Source of the DNA: an uncultured Nitrososphaerota archaeon
Lineage (GTDB): Archaea; Asgardarchaeota; Njordarchaeia; Njordarchaeales; Njordarchaeaceae
Assembly: GCA_964518475.1 (NCBI GenBank)
Contig: CAZFGR010000018.1
Span: 1-30,753 of the forward strand
DNA: 30,753 nt
Reading direction: 5' to 3'
The translations under genes and the position numbers were made by a program. Under the pieces are notes generated by a model. That model ran no database searches, was not told the DNA's origin, and worked only from the letters and a program-made list of their open reading frames with translations. Each line of letters begins with the position of its first letter. The stretch's first letter is position 1. Positions 1 to 9,464 of the stretch are shown one piece after another.

Positions 1-61
1 AGGCTTAGAAGGCTGAACGGGACAAGGGGCAAAAAGATAAATTTGAAACAAAGCCAAATGT

Positions 62-883
62 TTATGCTTTAGTTAAAGACAGCAGATGTAATTTTAAAAC
101 TATTCTCAATGTTTCTAGATAGAAAAGGGGTGAAGTAGGTTGCACTTCGGGGTTTTTATCCTGATGTATACTGTAAATAGCTGGAAGCTTATTTTTTAGG
201 TCTCTAACCAATTTTAAAATGCTTGGGGTTTTATTTGTTGCATAAGAATAAGCGAGTAGGGACCATTTGATAGCTTCCATACTATATTGGTAGGCTTTTC
301 TATACAAGGGAGCAATGAATAAAGCTCCCATAGCTAGGAGAAAATTCATTACAAAACTTTTCAAGATATCACTTATTGAACTCTTTAAGAGATTCTTGGA
401 GACACGTAATTCTCTAAAGGGGTCTTCCCCGTATAGTATCTTGTAATTATTCAGTATTGTATATAGGACTGCTCGTTTGGGAGCTAAGAGTCTTGATAAA
501 ATCTTATTGCTGCCAAATATATTAGGGAAGTTCCACGAAATAAAATCGCTTTCACGGCAAATAAATCCAGAAATCTTCATACCAGTGTTTCTTTTCACAC
601 TCCATAATATCTTTGACAAGAACGTAGAGTTACTAAAATTTCCAGTGAGCTTTTCTGAGAGAATAAAGAATACTTTACGAACCTTCGCGATCTCCTTATT
701 AGGTACGTCATTAGATACAATAAAAAGAATGTCAATATCTGAGTTCTTGTTGGCTTCGTTGCGAGCAAAACTTCCAAATAGTATGATGCTTTTTATATTT
801 TCTTTCCCGATGATTTGCTCAACAACTCTTTTACTTAAGAATAAGTATTTGTCGAGATCTATGCTGTTTTCAATGAAATTCAC
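62..883 (-). CDS. Nucleotidyltransferase (Pol-beta/MNT-type N-terminal domain) with helical C-terminal extension
   Basis: Motif ILFGSFARNEANKNSDIDILF matches GSxARxxxxxxSDxD; 273 aa is longer than a minimal MNT. Confidence 0.8.
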   Translation of the reverse strand: MNFIENSIDLDKYLFLSKRVVEQIIGKENIKSIILFGSFARNEANKNSDIDILFIVSNDVPNKEIAKVRKVFFILSEKLTGNFSNSTFLSKILWSVKRNTGMKISGFICRESDFISWNFPNIFGSNKILSRLLAPKRAVLYTILNNYKILYGEDPFRELRVSKNLLKSSISDILKSFVMNFLLAMGALFIAPLYRKAYQYSMEAIKWSLLAYSYATNKTPSILKLVRDLKNKLPAIYSIHQDKNPEVQPTSPLFYLETLRIVLKLHLLSLTKA

Positions 884-975
884 CTAGGGAGTCCTCTGAT
901 GACTATTGTTTATTGTTGTTTAACCCTTTAATGCTTAACTAGAAATTGGAATTAAATGTTTTGCTCTAATAGCTG

Positions 976-1743
976 GTGACGAAGATGATTAGAGCTGTAC
1001 TATTTGATTTTGGTGGCGTTCTTACAGAAACTTGTTGGGATTCTCAAATGATCGCTAGAATAACATATGACACATTAGTGAGTGAAGGCGTGACTCCCCC
1101 ACCAAACTTTATCGACATAATGTTACAAGTCATGGATGAGAGGCATAAACGTGTTCTTATAACAATGCGAGAGGAGACACTAGAAGAAATAGTTAGGGAG
1201 ACCCTGGATAGATGTGCTCTGTCCATAACAGATGAGATAGTAGAAAAAGCTGTGGAAAACATAGAGGAGGCACCCTTTTGCAAGCTTCGAAAAGAAACCC
1301 CATGGGTGCTCCGGAGTTTAAGAGAGATGGGTCTAAAACTAGGAATTATTTCTAATGCTCCTAGTCCATTCCCTAGGAAAATACTCCAGAGACACGGGCT
1401 CCTCGAATATTTTGATGCAGTGATAATATCATGCGAAGTAGGATACAGAAAACCACACCCAAAGATCTTTGAATTAGCTCTTGAAGAATTAGGCGTAAAA
1501 TCCGAAGAAGCGATCTTTGTGGGAGATGTATTAGAGATAGATATCCATGGTGCTCAAAAATTGGGAATGATAACCGTTCTAATGAGATATGGAGATCCGG
1601 ATTGGAAGAGAAGAGTTCATTACCTCAAGGAAATTATTCCCTATGATGGAGACCCAGATTATGAGATAGAAAACCTAGGAGAGCTACTAGATATTGTCAA
1701 ACAACTTTTGATGCGAGAAAATGCTAGAGAAAAAGTTCAGTGA
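976..1743 (+). CDS. HAD-superfamily hydrolase (subfamily IA)
   Basis: Motifs VLFDFGGVL, IISN, RKPHP, FVGDVLEIDI. Confidence 0.9.
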   Translation: MTKMIRAVLFDFGGVLTETCWDSQMIARITYDTLVSEGVTPPPNFIDIMLQVMDERHKRVLITMREETLEEIVRETLDRCALSITDEIVEKAVENIEEAPFCKLRKETPWVLRSLREMGLKLGIISNAPSPFPRKILQRHGLLEYFDAVIISCEVGYRKPHPKIFELALEELGVKSEEAIFVGDVLEIDIHGAQKLGMITVLMRYGDPDWKRRVHYLKEIIPYDGDPDYEIENLGELLDIVKQLLMRENAREKVQ

Positions 1744-1746
1744 ATA

Positions 1747-1799
1747 CATAAGCGTAGGTTGGAAATCATATTTGCTTATGCTTGCTACACTTTTCTTCT
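1747..1799 (+). terminator. Possible hairpin/T-rich terminator after the HAD gene
   Basis: CATAAGC (1747-1753) / GCTTATG (1774-1780) inverted repeat followed by a pyrimidine run. Confidence 0.3.
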
Positions 1800-1896
1800 G
1801 ATGAATATTTCCCAAAGTAATTGGTAAGAGCTATATATTAGAAGGCTTTAATCGTTCATAGGATTTTATTTTTGGTAGGAAATTGAAAAATCTTCT

Positions 1897-3798
1897 TTGG
1901 TGATGGTTTTGGATCTGAAATCTATTCTAACTTCTCCTAGTGGTAAGGAATACGTATTAATGGGTAATGAGGCTATTGCTAGGGGGGCTATTGAGTCAGG
2001 AATAAAATTAGCTACTGCTTATCCTGGAACCCCGAGTACAGAAATTGTGGAATCTCTCGCACTTGTTGCTGATGAATTAGGGATTCATGTCGAGTGGGCT
2101 GTTAATGAGAAGGTAGCTTTAGAGATTGCTCTTGGTGCCGCTTTTTCTGGTGTTAGGGCATTGGTAGCTATGAAAGCTCCGGGTGTTAATGTCGCACTTG
2201 ATGCATTAATGAGTGCTTCGTACTCGGGAACCATTGGAGGTCTCGTCATAGTTGTTGCTGATGATCCTGGCCCTCATACTACCCAGACTGAGCAGGATAG
2301 TAGGTGGATCGCCAAAATGACTTGGCTTCCTATGATAGAGCCCTCAGATCCAAGGGATGCGAAGGATCTTGTAAAGAGAGCTTTTGAAATCTCTGAAGAA
2401 CTTGAGCTTCCAGTTATTTTTAGGACAACTACTAGGATAAACCATTCCTCAGCAAATGTTGTATTAGGAGATATACCGACGATTGATAGAGAGCCTTTCT
2501 TTAAGAAAGATCCATTGAGATATGTTAGAGCATCAATGAAGGGGAACAGAGAGAGGCACTCTTGGTTATTAAAGCAATATGAGAAAGCGAAGAAATTCGC
2601 GGAGTTTTCAGAATTCTGTGAAGTTGAGGGCAATCCAGAATCTGAGTTAGGAGTGATAGTCTCCGGAGTCTCGTATACTTACCTCAGGGAACTTGTAGAG
2701 AAATATACCCTAACAGAGAAACTTAGCATTCTTAGGTTAGTAATGACTAATCCTCTTCCAGAAGAAAAAATAACCGAGTTTCTAAAGAATAAGAAGAAAG
2801 TTCTTATTCTAGAGGAACTTGATCCCTATCTGGAAACATTTGTGAAAAAGATTGCTTTCGAGAATGGCTTGAGGGTAGAGATTCTTGGAAAAGAGAATAA
2901 TACGTTACCGTATGTAGGAGAATACACGCCTGGAATAGTTCTTAAGGCCCTATCAGTTCTACTAGGTGGGGAATTAGGGAAGAAAAATATCAGGGAGGAA
3001 ATAATAAGGCGGGCTAAAGAAATTGTTCCACCAAGGACTCCTCCTATGTGTCCCGGGTGTCCTCACATTGGCTCCTATATGGCTTTAAAAAGAGCTATTA
3101 GAGAACTCGGATTTAAGGAAGAGGATGTAGCGGTTTTTGGGGATATTGGTTGCTACGCGCTGAGTTTTCAGCCACCTTTTAAGGCTATATGGACAGAACA
3201 CTGTATGGGTGCTAGTATTGGAATGGCTGCTGGACTCAAGTATGTAGGCTCTAAGCAAAAAGCGGTCGCCACAATTGGAGATTCCACGTTTTTCCATATG
3301 GGAATACAGCCTCTTATTGATGCAGTTCAGCATGGTGCGAAAATTACTGTTCTAGTCTTAGATAATGGAACGATTGCTATGACTGGTCACCAACCTCACC
3401 CTGGAAGCGGCTACACAGCCACTGGTAAGAAATCACCTAGAATATTGATCGAGGACATAGCTAAAGCTGCGGGAGTAAAATTCGTGAGGGTCGTAGATCC
3501 TTATGATCATGACGCTGCAGTGAAGACTATAAAAGAGGCTTTGGAATACGAGGGATTGTCAGTAGTTGTTCTGAGACGATTATGCGCTATTGTTGCTCGT
3601 AGAATGGGCTTAAGAGAAACGCCTTATCATGTTGATCCTAATAAATGCGTGGGATGTAAGCAATGTATTATGCAGACAGGTTGTCCCGCTATATTCTGGC
3701 AGAAAGATACCAAGAAAGCTCGGATAGAGGAGGAACTGTGTTTTGGTTGTGGATTATGCACATATGTTTGTCCTGTAAATGCAATAGTTAGGGAGTGA
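1897..3798 (+). CDS. iorA: Indolepyruvate:ferredoxin oxidoreductase alpha subunit
   Basis: GNEAIARG, YPGTPSTE, NEKVALE, CPGCPH, GDIGC, GDSTFFH (TPP binding), AMTGHQPHP, two C-terminal CxxCxxC..CP ferredoxin motifs; true start may be a few codons downstream. Confidence 0.95.
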   Translation: MVMVLDLKSILTSPSGKEYVLMGNEAIARGAIESGIKLATAYPGTPSTEIVESLALVADELGIHVEWAVNEKVALEIALGAAFSGVRALVAMKAPGVNVALDALMSASYSGTIGGLVIVVADDPGPHTTQTEQDSRWIAKMTWLPMIEPSDPRDAKDLVKRAFEISEELELPVIFRTTTRINHSSANVVLGDIPTIDREPFFKKDPLRYVRASMKGNRERHSWLLKQYEKAKKFAEFSEFCEVEGNPESELGVIVSGVSYTYLRELVEKYTLTEKLSILRLVMTNPLPEEKITEFLKNKKKVLILEELDPYLETFVKKIAFENGLRVEILGKENNTLPYVGEYTPGIVLKALSVLLGGELGKKNIREEIIRRAKEIVPPRTPPMCPGCPHIGSYMALKRAIRELGFKEEDVAVFGDIGCYALSFQPPFKAIWTEHCMGASIGMAAGLKYVGSKQKAVATIGDSTFFHMGIQPLIDAVQHGAKITVLVLDNGTIAMTGHQPHPGSGYTATGKKSPRILIEDIAKAAGVKFVRVVDPYDHDAAVKTIKEALEYEGLSVVVLRRLCAIVARRMGLRETPYHVDPNKCVGCKQCIMQTGCPAIFWQKDTKKARIEEELCFGCGLCTYVCPVNAIVRE

Positions 3799-3804
3799 TG
3801 AATT

Positions 3805-4398
3805 ATGGAGGAGTTTAATATTGTTATTGCTGGAGTAGGAGGCCAAGGAGGGCTTACACTAAGTAGAATAATAGCTTATGCTGCCCTTTTTGATGAATAC
3901 ATGGTCAGAGTTGGAGAGACCCTAGGAATGTCGCAGCGAGGAGGAGCAGTGACAAGTTTTGTTAGATTTGGAAAGAGAGTTTTTGCTCCCATAATCCCGG
4001 AGGGTGGAGCTCATTTAATGATTGGTCTTGAACCAGTTGAAGCGCTAAGGAATATCAATTTTGTTAGTGACGAATCGATAGTGCTACTTAATGAGTATCC
4101 AATGGAGCCTCTAAGTGTGAACATCGGTATTGCCGATTACCCCTCAAAAGATCATATTCTTGAACTATTAGAAACTGTTGCGCGGAAAGTCATTATACAT
4201 AACTTCTATGAGGAGGCTAAGAAACTAGGAACAACACGGATAATGAATGTTATTATGCTGGGATATGCGATTGGTCGCGGTCTTATTCCGCTAAGCGAGG
4301 AAAGCGTCGTAAAAGCTATTAAAGCCGTTGTACCAGAGAAGTATGCTGATCTAAACATTAGAGCTTATAACCATGGTAAAAAACTTGCAGAAGGATGA
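3805..4398 (+). CDS. iorB: Indolepyruvate:ferredoxin oxidoreductase beta subunit
   Basis: GVGGQG, GMSQRGGAV, LEPVEALR; 6 nt downstream of iorA. Confidence 0.95.
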   Translation: MEEFNIVIAGVGGQGGLTLSRIIAYAALFDEYMVRVGETLGMSQRGGAVTSFVRFGKRVFAPIIPEGGAHLMIGLEPVEALRNINFVSDESIVLLNEYPMEPLSVNIGIADYPSKDHILELLETVARKVIIHNFYEEAKKLGTTRIMNVIMLGYAIGRGLIPLSEESVVKAIKAVVPEKYADLNIRAYNHGKKLAEG

Positions 4399-4416
4399 AG
4401 GATAGGGGGCCATTAG

Positions 4417-5655
4417 ATGAAGCCACTATTCATTCCTTTTTCCTCAACTTTACAGGAAAGAAGTGTTGAAATAGTCACTGCTCAATACGTAGAGAAGCTC
4501 AGGGGGCTTTATGAAAGAACTCTTCCAGTAATAACTTCTGTGGAAGATCTGAATAAGTACGAGGGAGAGATTAGGAGAGCGCCTCTTATTTTCGCCTTGG
4601 CGTGTACTGGGGGAACAAGTAGGTTAATGATAGCATTGGAAAAGTTTAGAAGACCTGTTGTTATTCTTTCACATGGGAAACAGAACTCATTACCGTCAGC
4701 TCTCGAAGCACTTCATATGCTCAGACTGAGGAAATATCCAGTTACATTGGTTCATGACTTGTCTTCTCGATCATTGAGAACTTTGAAGAAATTATCGACT
4801 ATTGGAGAAGCTCTACATGATCTCTACTCTGCAAGGATTTTGTTAATAGGTGCGAGTGAAGATTGGTTAAGATCCGAAAACTATGATATAGAGCGAATTA
4901 CCGAGTTGTTTGGAGTTAATATTGAATGGGAGCCACTGGAGGCTTTTGTGGAAAAAGTCTCAAAAGCAACAAAAGATGAAGACTTCATACAATACTTTAG
5001 CAGATTACCTAAAGCCGAGATCAACAATGAAGCTATAGAAGATAGCTCAAGAATATATGTAGTAACGACGGAATTGATGCGTGAAAAAAGTGCTGGAAGT
5101 ATTGGCATACGGTGCTTCCCGATAATTATGAAAACGAAGATAACACCGTGTCTTACTATTTCTAGACTGATAGACGAGGGAGTACCAGCGACCTGTGAAG
5201 CTGATTTATCAGCGAATATACTAATGATTCTCCTGATGAGAATAAGTGGGGCCCCAGTCTTTATGGGTAACACTGTAGATATTAAAGAGAGCGAGGTTGT
5301 GTTTGCTCACTGTACAGTCTCCACTAAGTTTGCCAGAAATGTTGTTTTGAGAAAGCACTTTGAGACTGAATGGAGCGTTAGTATAGCAGGAATGCTTGAA
5401 GAGGGCGATACCATAACCTTTGCTAGATTTTCACATGATCTCAGGAAATTACTGGCTGGTAAGGGAAAGATAGTCAGAGGGATACCTTGGTCCGAGGAAT
5501 TCTGTAGAACACAGATATTAGTTAGCGTTGATGGAGATGCGTCAAAAATTATTAGAGAACCAGTAGGAAATCATTTCGTCATTGCTAGAGGGGATTATCT
5601 AGAAGAACTAAGGATATTAGCAGAGCTTTTTGATATAAGATTCGAAAAAATATGA
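4417..5655 (+). CDS. L-fucose/L-arabinose isomerase-like protein (COG2407-like), substrate unknown
   Basis: TGGT, NSLPSALE, RCF, PCL, CEAD, AHCT, HFET, CRTQ, GNH motifs typical of the FucI-like family. Confidence 0.8.
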   Translation: MKPLFIPFSSTLQERSVEIVTAQYVEKLRGLYERTLPVITSVEDLNKYEGEIRRAPLIFALACTGGTSRLMIALEKFRRPVVILSHGKQNSLPSALEALHMLRLRKYPVTLVHDLSSRSLRTLKKLSTIGEALHDLYSARILLIGASEDWLRSENYDIERITELFGVNIEWEPLEAFVEKVSKATKDEDFIQYFSRLPKAEINNEAIEDSSRIYVVTTELMREKSAGSIGIRCFPIIMKTKITPCLTISRLIDEGVPATCEADLSANILMILLMRISGAPVFMGNTVDIKESEVVFAHCTVSTKFARNVVLRKHFETEWSVSIAGMLEEGDTITFARFSHDLRKLLAGKGKIVRGIPWSEEFCRTQILVSVDGDASKIIREPVGNHFVIARGDYLEELRILAELFDIRFEKI

Positions 5656-7761
5656 GTGATGGTAACGCCTGAGTTAATAACTTTTTCTCCCCAACCTTTG
5701 GTGTACGAATTAAATAGCAAATATCTACAATATTCTTCAATCATGGTGTCTACTGTGTCACGCAATAATTGCAAAGCAAGGTTTAATCCGAGGGAACATA
5801 TTCAACGGATCATTAGGTTTCTCATATCAAGGAACAGAGAGGTTATCGAGGAACAATTAAGCTACCTAGGTACCTATGATCCAGCGGTTTGGGAATCGAT
5901 AACAAGAGGTTTCCAGAAGGTAATAAACTTCTCAAGGCTTGCATCTCAAATCTTAGAAGATGAAACTGTGATTGACTGGGCACAGGAAACGTTATTAAGG
6001 ATCTTCAGGAGCTTGTCATCGATTGTTAGAAAAGCACAGAATCCGGTGCATGAAATAAGGGGTCTTGCAAAACTAGCAAGAGGGGCTATTCTTATAATTC
6101 CCCAAGAAACTATCCTGTTATTGTCAGAGGCTGTTAAGAAGCTGGAAAGCATTGAGGATTTAGAAGAACGGGTTAGAAGCGCTAGCTACTTGTTGTTTGA
6201 GATAGGATACATGTTAAAGAAGCGTGGATCCGTATTTTCTCCCGAAAAAATACCGCATACCTATATTTCCCAGTTAGAAAAAATTGCAAAAGAGATTGCT
6301 GAAAAAGCCTTAAACTGGGTCTCATATATCTCTTCCCCAACAGTACGAGCGAGAACATTAGCCTTTTTGTCTGAAGGTATGAGAAATTTGAACATTGTCA
6401 TACAACAGGGAGAATATGGGGTTAAATGGCTTGATACCAATGAAGCCGAAGCTATGGCTTCTCTTGCCCTGAAAGAAGCAGAGAATGTGGATGAAGAATA
6501 TGAAAAAGCTATGATAAAGGTCTATGTTGGCTATCTCTTTGCTTCTCTTTCCTACGACCTCGCGAGTAGAGGAGAGGAACTGTTTAACGATGCCTTAAAG
6601 ATAGCCCTAGAACTGATCAGAAAAGATCCTAGAAAAGCAGGAAGAATAATTGGAGAGATAGGGTACTGTAAGGCATTTCTTGGCGATGATGATACCGCAG
6701 AAACGCTGTTTGAAGAAGGGGTAGCGACATCTCTTAAATGTCCAGATTGGGAAGGAATACTAACTGCTCTTAATATTGCTGAGTCAGCAGCAAGGGCTAG
6801 GATGTATAGAGTGGCTGCGGAATTGCTTGAAGATCACATATTACAGCTAATAGACAATCTTAAAGATAGAATAGAAGCGGCGGCATTAAAAGGGGTGGCT
6901 GCAGATATTATTGCATGGATAGATTCTAATTGGGCTGCAAGGCTAGCACAAAATGGAGCAGAGGAGTTATGGACTTTTCATCCATTAAGTATCAGCAAGG
7001 GAGAACACCTATATTTAATAGGCTTAGCTTCTGCTAAATCAGCTTTTGCAGAACCAGACGCTAGCTGGCGTTATCTGGATTTTCTCCTTACACTTTTAAG
7101 AGAGGATGTTTGGTTAGATAGAGAATTCGTGGAGAGTATTTCTCCCTTTTGGCTAGGTAAGGCATATTCCGCCCTAGTACCGATTCCTAGACTACTAAGA
7201 GTGTTTAAGAAAGCATTATTAGAGACCTTAAGTAGCATGGAAAACTCCTATGGTGAGGAAGTATTAGCAAAGATATTGATTGAGGTAGCTCGTGGTATAG
7301 GAAGATCTGATACAAAATTTGCAAAAGAGTTGCTGGATAGAGGAATAATGTTGTCTCTTGATAAGCCCTCGGAGCCAACTCTTCTTGGTAAAGCTTTGAG
7401 AGTAGCTGAAGAAATTGATTCGCCACTAACTGAAGTACTGCTTAATGAAATTCAGAGAAGAGCGGAAATGAGGGAATTTCCATCGGATGTGATAGACTAT
7501 TTAACCAAAGCTATAGAATCGGCAAGAACATCGAAGGGAGCTACAAAACTAGCTCAAGCTTCAGTAGACATAATATATGAAGTCAATCCACAGAAAATTT
7601 CTCCAGAGAAATTGAAACGTTTTCTTAGAGTCTTAAAACTCATTGATCCAAGCTGGGCCTCTGAAGTAGCTCTCATGATAGAAGAAGAAAGAAATACTTC
7701 TCTAAGCAGATCGGAAAATCAGACGACCGTTAAGAAGGGGGTAAAGGAGAAGAAAGCATGA
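5656..7761 (+). CDS. Large alpha-helical repeat (TPR/solenoid-like) hypothetical protein
   Basis: 701-aa open frame rich in A/L/E/I with recurring helical patterns (e.g. AVKKLESIEDLEERVRSA, ALKEAENVDEEYEKAMI); the true start may be the ATG at 5743. Confidence 0.65.
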   Translation: MMVTPELITFSPQPLVYELNSKYLQYSSIMVSTVSRNNCKARFNPREHIQRIIRFLISRNREVIEEQLSYLGTYDPAVWESITRGFQKVINFSRLASQILEDETVIDWAQETLLRIFRSLSSIVRKAQNPVHEIRGLAKLARGAILIIPQETILLLSEAVKKLESIEDLEERVRSASYLLFEIGYMLKKRGSVFSPEKIPHTYISQLEKIAKEIAEKALNWVSYISSPTVRARTLAFLSEGMRNLNIVIQQGEYGVKWLDTNEAEAMASLALKEAENVDEEYEKAMIKVYVGYLFASLSYDLASRGEELFNDALKIALELIRKDPRKAGRIIGEIGYCKAFLGDDDTAETLFEEGVATSLKCPDWEGILTALNIAESAARARMYRVAAELLEDHILQLIDNLKDRIEAAALKGVAADIIAWIDSNWAARLAQNGAEELWTFHPLSISKGEHLYLIGLASAKSAFAEPDASWRYLDFLLTLLREDVWLDREFVESISPFWLGKAYSALVPIPRLLRVFKKALLETLSSMENSYGEEVLAKILIEVARGIGRSDTKFAKELLDRGIMLSLDKPSEPTLLGKALRVAEEIDSPLTEVLLNEIQRRAEMREFPSDVIDYLTKAIESARTSKGATKLAQASVDIIYEVNPQKISPEKLKRFLRVLKLIDPSWASEVALMIEEERNTSLSRSENQTTVKKGVKEKKA

Positions 7762-7808
7762 ACTATTTATTATTAATGATGAACTTGACATAGTAGTTAT
7801 TTATTGGT

Positions 7809-8177
7809 TTGCTGAGTACGGGTAGTGGAGAAGTGAGTGATAAAAAAGTAGCAAATATACTAGCTAAGGCAAGAAGCATGGACAAAACGTTAGCTAGAAG
7901 GATTGAAAGGTTTCTGGATTCTATTCTGCGTATTGAAACAAATAGTTTTGATCCTTTATCAGTGCATAGATCGTGGTGGTTATTAAAGAAGTATGTTAGA
8001 GAAAATTTTTTTGATAAGAAGAGAGTTAAGGAAGGAAAAATTATCTACAAGATATTAGTAGGTTTAAATCAAGTGATGCATAGGCTTCTTGAAGATCTTC
8101 CTAAAAACAGTCCTAAAAGACGCTATATAGAAGAAATTACAGACTGTATAGAAAATTTCTTGGAGGAACTAGAGTGA
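7809..8177 (+). CDS. Hypothetical helical protein
   Basis: Open frame whose stop overlaps the next start (GTGA); more likely start is the GTG near 7833. Confidence 0.6.
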   Translation: MLSTGSGEVSDKKVANILAKARSMDKTLARRIERFLDSILRIETNSFDPLSVHRSWWLLKKYVRENFFDKKRVKEGKIIYKILVGLNQVMHRLLEDLPKNSPKRRYIEEITDCIENFLEELE

Positions 8178-8857
8178 GTGAATGGCTGAATGATCTTTTT
8201 CTAATAGTCAAGAACAAGACATATGAACTTTTTAAGGAGCTTAAGGATAGCCTAGGTAATAGTTGGATAGAGGATTTAGTGAAGAAGTATGGGGCCGAAT
8301 CAAAAATTCCATGGATTGAACGAAGATTTTACCTTTTTAGATTAATAAGAGAGAAAGCGAAGCATTTCAAGAATAAGTTATCTGATGCGCGAGAAGCATT
8401 TGCTGCTTGGCTTCTCTTTAAGAAGGAATTGTTAGATCTTTATAATTTTACTGAAAAAGATTTGAATGAAGCTCTCGAAACATTAGGGAAGCTTCACGAA
8501 GAGAGAAAATATCCGCAAGGAATGTTTGTATGGAATCCTTCAAGAGGGGAATACAAGAGGATATTTTTGCTAAGCCAGTACGGCGTGCAGGAAGATATTG
8601 AAGCTATAGAGAGGGCTCTCGACCTCGGCTATTATATATACCCTTACCTGAAAGATATCTCCTCTCTAGTCCTTTTAGCACTCATTTTACCTTCTTTGGA
8701 TGTCGAAAATAAGAAAATCTACTTAAAGGAGGCGAGATTCGCTTTAAAACTTGCTAAACTAGCTGATTTCTGGTACTCATTAGTTGAGAAACGGGAAGCG
8801 CCAGATAAAGAACATTGGAGCTTTTGGGAGAAATTTCTTCGTGAAATGGAAAAATAA
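8174..8857 (+). CDS. Hypothetical protein
   Basis: 227-aa ORF with a GGAGG RBS-like sequence upstream, 4-nt overlap with the previous gene; no motif recognised. Confidence 0.7.
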   Translation: MSEWLNDLFLIVKNKTYELFKELKDSLGNSWIEDLVKKYGAESKIPWIERRFYLFRLIREKAKHFKNKLSDAREAFAAWLLFKKELLDLYNFTEKDLNEALETLGKLHEERKYPQGMFVWNPSRGEYKRIFLLSQYGVQEDIEAIERALDLGYYIYPYLKDISSLVLLALILPSLDVENKKIYLKEARFALKLAKLADFWYSLVEKREAPDKEHWSFWEKFLREMEK

Positions 8858-8891
8858 ATATAAAAAGGTAAAATGTTTATGAAAAAAGATT

Positions 8892-9455
8892 CTACGCCTC
8901 AAATTTCTTTAGAGTATCGGGAGCTAGAGTAAGGAAGTGACCTTCGCCTAAATAATAGACATGAAGAGCTTTTTTAGGGTCAAGAAGGGCTCTATCATTA
9001 ATGATAATGCCTTCTCTGTACCAAGCAGTTACTATTTCACCGACAAATAATACGTGATCGCCTACTGAATATTCTTTAACTACTTTACACTCTAAAGCCG
9101 TCAGGCTTTCTTCAATTATGGGGGCTTTTACTTTTGAGGCTTTTTTCTTTGTTAAGCCGAATGCCTTAAACTTATCTATTTCAGCACCAGAAGTTAGGCC
9201 AGTTTTCCAAACTTTTTCAGCTAATTCGAATGGGAGGAAGTTTACGCAAAAATCTCCGTTCTCCTTAATTAATTGGTAAGTATATCGCCTAAGAGCTACC
9301 GAAACTCCGTAAAGAGGAGGTTCGAATGAGAGATATGTATGCCAACTTGCAGCCATAGCGTTTGCTTTTTCGTAAGTACCAGCCGTGATAATTACTGTGA
9401 GTTTTGGATATGTTAGGTGATATGAGTACCGTGGATCGTGTAGCTTTTTAAGCAT
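8892..9455 (-). CDS. Flavin reductase-like / flavoredoxin family protein
   Basis: NAMAASW, SFEPP, GLTSG..DKF, LECKV, GDHVLFVGEI. Confidence 0.9.
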   Translation of the reverse strand: MLKKLHDPRYSYHLTYPKLTVIITAGTYEKANAMAASWHTYLSFEPPLYGVSVALRRYTYQLIKENGDFCVNFLPFELAEKVWKTGLTSGAEIDKFKAFGLTKKKASKVKAPIIEESLTALECKVVKEYSVGDHVLFVGEIVTAWYREGIIINDRALLDPKKALHVYYLGEGHFLTLAPDTLKKFEA

Positions 9456-9464
9456 AAGTTCTAT

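Noticed and set aside
7776-7815. ATGATGA...CTGA as a third box C/D sRNA
   Set aside because: Only 29 nt between the boxes, AT-rich, no properly spaced D'/C' pair
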